DNA of 64,000 bases from Candidatus Pacearchaeota archaeon (GTDB taxonomy: Archaea > Nanobdellota > Nanobdellia > Pacearchaeales > GW2011-AR1): positions 121,879-185,878 of the forward strand of contig JAWCQE010000001.1 of the NCBI GenBank assembly GCA_038869895.1. Reading direction: 5' to 3'. Below, in pieces: positions 62,489 to 64,000 of the stretch (position 1 is its first letter; each line of letters begins with the position of its first letter). Both the position numbers and the translations under genes were made by a program. The notes beneath the pieces are model-generated. The model made no database searches. It was not told where the DNA came from and worked only from the letters and a program-made list of their open reading frames with translations.

Positions 62489-62870
62489 TTATATTTTTAA
62501 AAAAATCAACTAGTTGTTCTTTAAATAATATAGAAATAATTAAAAAACCAACAAGAACAAGAAGAATAAATATTAGGAAAACTAATAAAAAAGGAAATTT
62601 TTTTTCTTTATTTATTTTATGAGATTGATTTTGAGCAGGCGTTCTAATATTTTGAAGATTTTGTTGTTGCGGATTTACTTGCAGATAATTTTGAATGTTC
62701 TGCCTAATATTAGGTGTTCCAAGTAGGTAGTTTGTAGCTTCATCGATATCGTTTTGAGAATACCCCGAATTTAAGAGAGTTTGTTTTGCCTGTTGTAAAG
62801 AATATCCTCTTTCAACGGCATTTTTTAATCCAGCAATAATATCTATTCTTACCATTTTATTTAATAACAA
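62481..62870 (-). CDS. Hypothetical protein with an N-terminal small helical domain, a Gln/Asn-rich linker and a C-terminal TM anchor
   Basis: The N-terminus ...ERGYSLQQAKQTLLNSGYSQNDIDEAT resembles the N-terminus of ORF 9333..10091. C-terminal TM FPFLLVFLIFILLVLVGFLIISILF. Confidence 0.35.
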   Translation of the reverse strand: MLLNKMVRIDIIAGLKNAVERGYSLQQAKQTLLNSGYSQNDIDEATNYLLGTPNIRQNIQNYLQVNPQQQNLQNIRTPAQNQSHKINKEKKFPFLLVFLIFILLVLVGFLIISILFKEQLVDFFKNIIG

Positions 62871-62942
62871 GTGTAGTTAATAAAGTTTGTTTTTATAGAA
62901 CCAAAGCGCAATGGTTAAAAATACGGCAATCTTAAAGAAAAT

Positions 62943-64000
62943 ATGACAAAAATAGGACTTGAAATTCATGGTTATTTAAATACAAAAGAGAAATTATTTT
63001 GTCAATGTAGGAATTTTCAAAGTGAAAAAGAAAATGTAGCTATTTGTCCTATTTGCACGGGCCAGCCAGGAAGCAAACCAATGTTGCCAAATTCAGAAGC
63101 GATTAAAAAATCCATTCAGATAGCTCTTATGGTAGATGCAAAAATAAATACTATAGAAAATGGAAAAAAACTTGTATGGCAAAGAAAGCATTATGACTGG
63201 CCGGATTTGCCAAAAGGATATCAGAATACTCTTTCTGGGACTTATGCATTTCCCATTGGTGAAAATGGGAGATTTTTAGGTATAAAAATTAAAGAATTAC
63301 ATTTAGAGGAAGACCCGGCTGCGTGGAATCCAGAGACAGGATTTATTGATTACAACCGGAGTGGGAGTCCTTTAATTGAAATTGTGACAGAGCCTGATTT
63401 TAAATCAAGTGATGAAGTTAAGGAATGGATAAAAAAATTGATAATAACTTTCTCTTATATAAAAGCAATAAATAAAAAAGCCGGTATAAAAGCTGATGTC
63501 AATATAAGCTTTGAGGATACTAAAATAAAAACAGAAAGAACAGAAGTAAAAAATATTAATTCAATAAAAGAAATAAGCAAAGTAATAGATTATGAGATTA
63601 GAAGGCATAAAAGAGAATTTCCAAAATTAAGAGAAACAAGAAGATGGAATGTTGAAGAAGGAAAAACAGAACTTATGAGACAGAAAGAAAGCCATGCTGA
63701 TTATCGTTTCATAAATGATCCTGATCTCCCAATTATTAAAATAACTAACATTAAAGTTGAAAAGATAAAAAGTTCACTTCCTGAAACTCCGCAGGAAAAA
63801 TTAAGTAAATTAATAAAAAAATATAAAATTTCAAGAGAACACGCAGAAACCTTATCAAAAAATCTTGATATTGTAGAATTTTTTGAAGGAGTTGCGAAAA
63901 AAATAAACCCAGAATTCGCACTTCCTTGGATAAACGTTGAACTCCTTAGAGTTTTAAATTACAATAAAAAAACTCTTGACGAAGTTTCAATAGAAATAAA
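62943..64000 (+). CDS. Aspartyl/glutamyl-tRNA amidotransferase subunit B/E family (GatB/GatE), 3'-truncated by the window end
   Basis: N-terminus MTKIGLEIHGYLNTKEKLFCQC is the GatB/E signature (GLE.H.QL.T..KLFC.C). No stop occurs before the window end. Confidence 0.7.
   Translation, partial: MTKIGLEIHGYLNTKEKLFCQCRNFQSEKENVAICPICTGQPGSKPMLPNSEAIKKSIQIALMVDAKINTIENGKKLVWQRKHYDWPDLPKGYQNTLSGTYAFPIGENGRFLGIKIKELHLEEDPAAWNPETGFIDYNRSGSPLIEIVTEPDFKSSDEVKEWIKKLIITFSYIKAINKKAGIKADVNISFEDTKIKTERTEVKNINSIKEISKVIDYEIRRHKREFPKLRETRRWNVEEGKTELMRQKESHADYRFINDPDLPIIKITNIKVEKIKSSLPETPQEKLSKLIKKYKISREHAETLSKNLDIVEFFEGVAKKINPEFALPWINVELLRVLNYNKKTLDEVSIEI

Overview
This window is an AT-rich archaeal chromosome segment. 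The ribosomal-protein set (S17e, L37ae, L40e, P0/P1), Alba, aIF5A with the hypusine loop, Spt5, proteasome beta, the aCPSF1/FttA nuclease, tRNA-splicing endonuclease and prefoldin make it archaeal, and the compact, gene-dense, low-GC layout fits a DPANN-like genome. Housekeeping content: ftsY, ftsZ, sepF, secE-spt5-rpl11, rpl1-rpl10-rpl12, rpl37ae-rpoP-pfdB, rad50-mre11, and an isolated 23S rRNA on the minus strand with no linked 16S or 5S. There are four tRNAs: Met-CAT, Ala-GGC, Ser-TGA and Pro-TGG. The housekeeping genes are interleaved with an unusually large cell-surface and adhesion repertoire. At least 11 proteins carry archaeal class III (type IV pilin-like) signal peptides, arranged in two operons plus singletons. 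Next to them sit a TadC/FlaJ-like platform protein and a KaiC/FlaH-like ATPase, an 820-aa pilin-like protein with a vWA domain, an S-layer-like 884-aa protein, and an archaeosortase-like enzyme beside a C-terminally anchored surface protein. The most striking feature is a tandemly duplicated cassette at 13.1-22.7 kb. Each copy pairs a ~275-aa class-III-signal protein with a ~1300-aa cysteine-rich secreted giant protein; copy 1 is a single fused ORF and copy 2 is split into two. The cassette lies just downstream of two tRNA genes and a small HTH gene whose start sits inside a 12-mer tandem repeat. This duplicated cassette is the candidate novel surface or host-interaction system. Three short conserved genes missing from the ORF track were found by eye: rpoP, rpl40e and secE.
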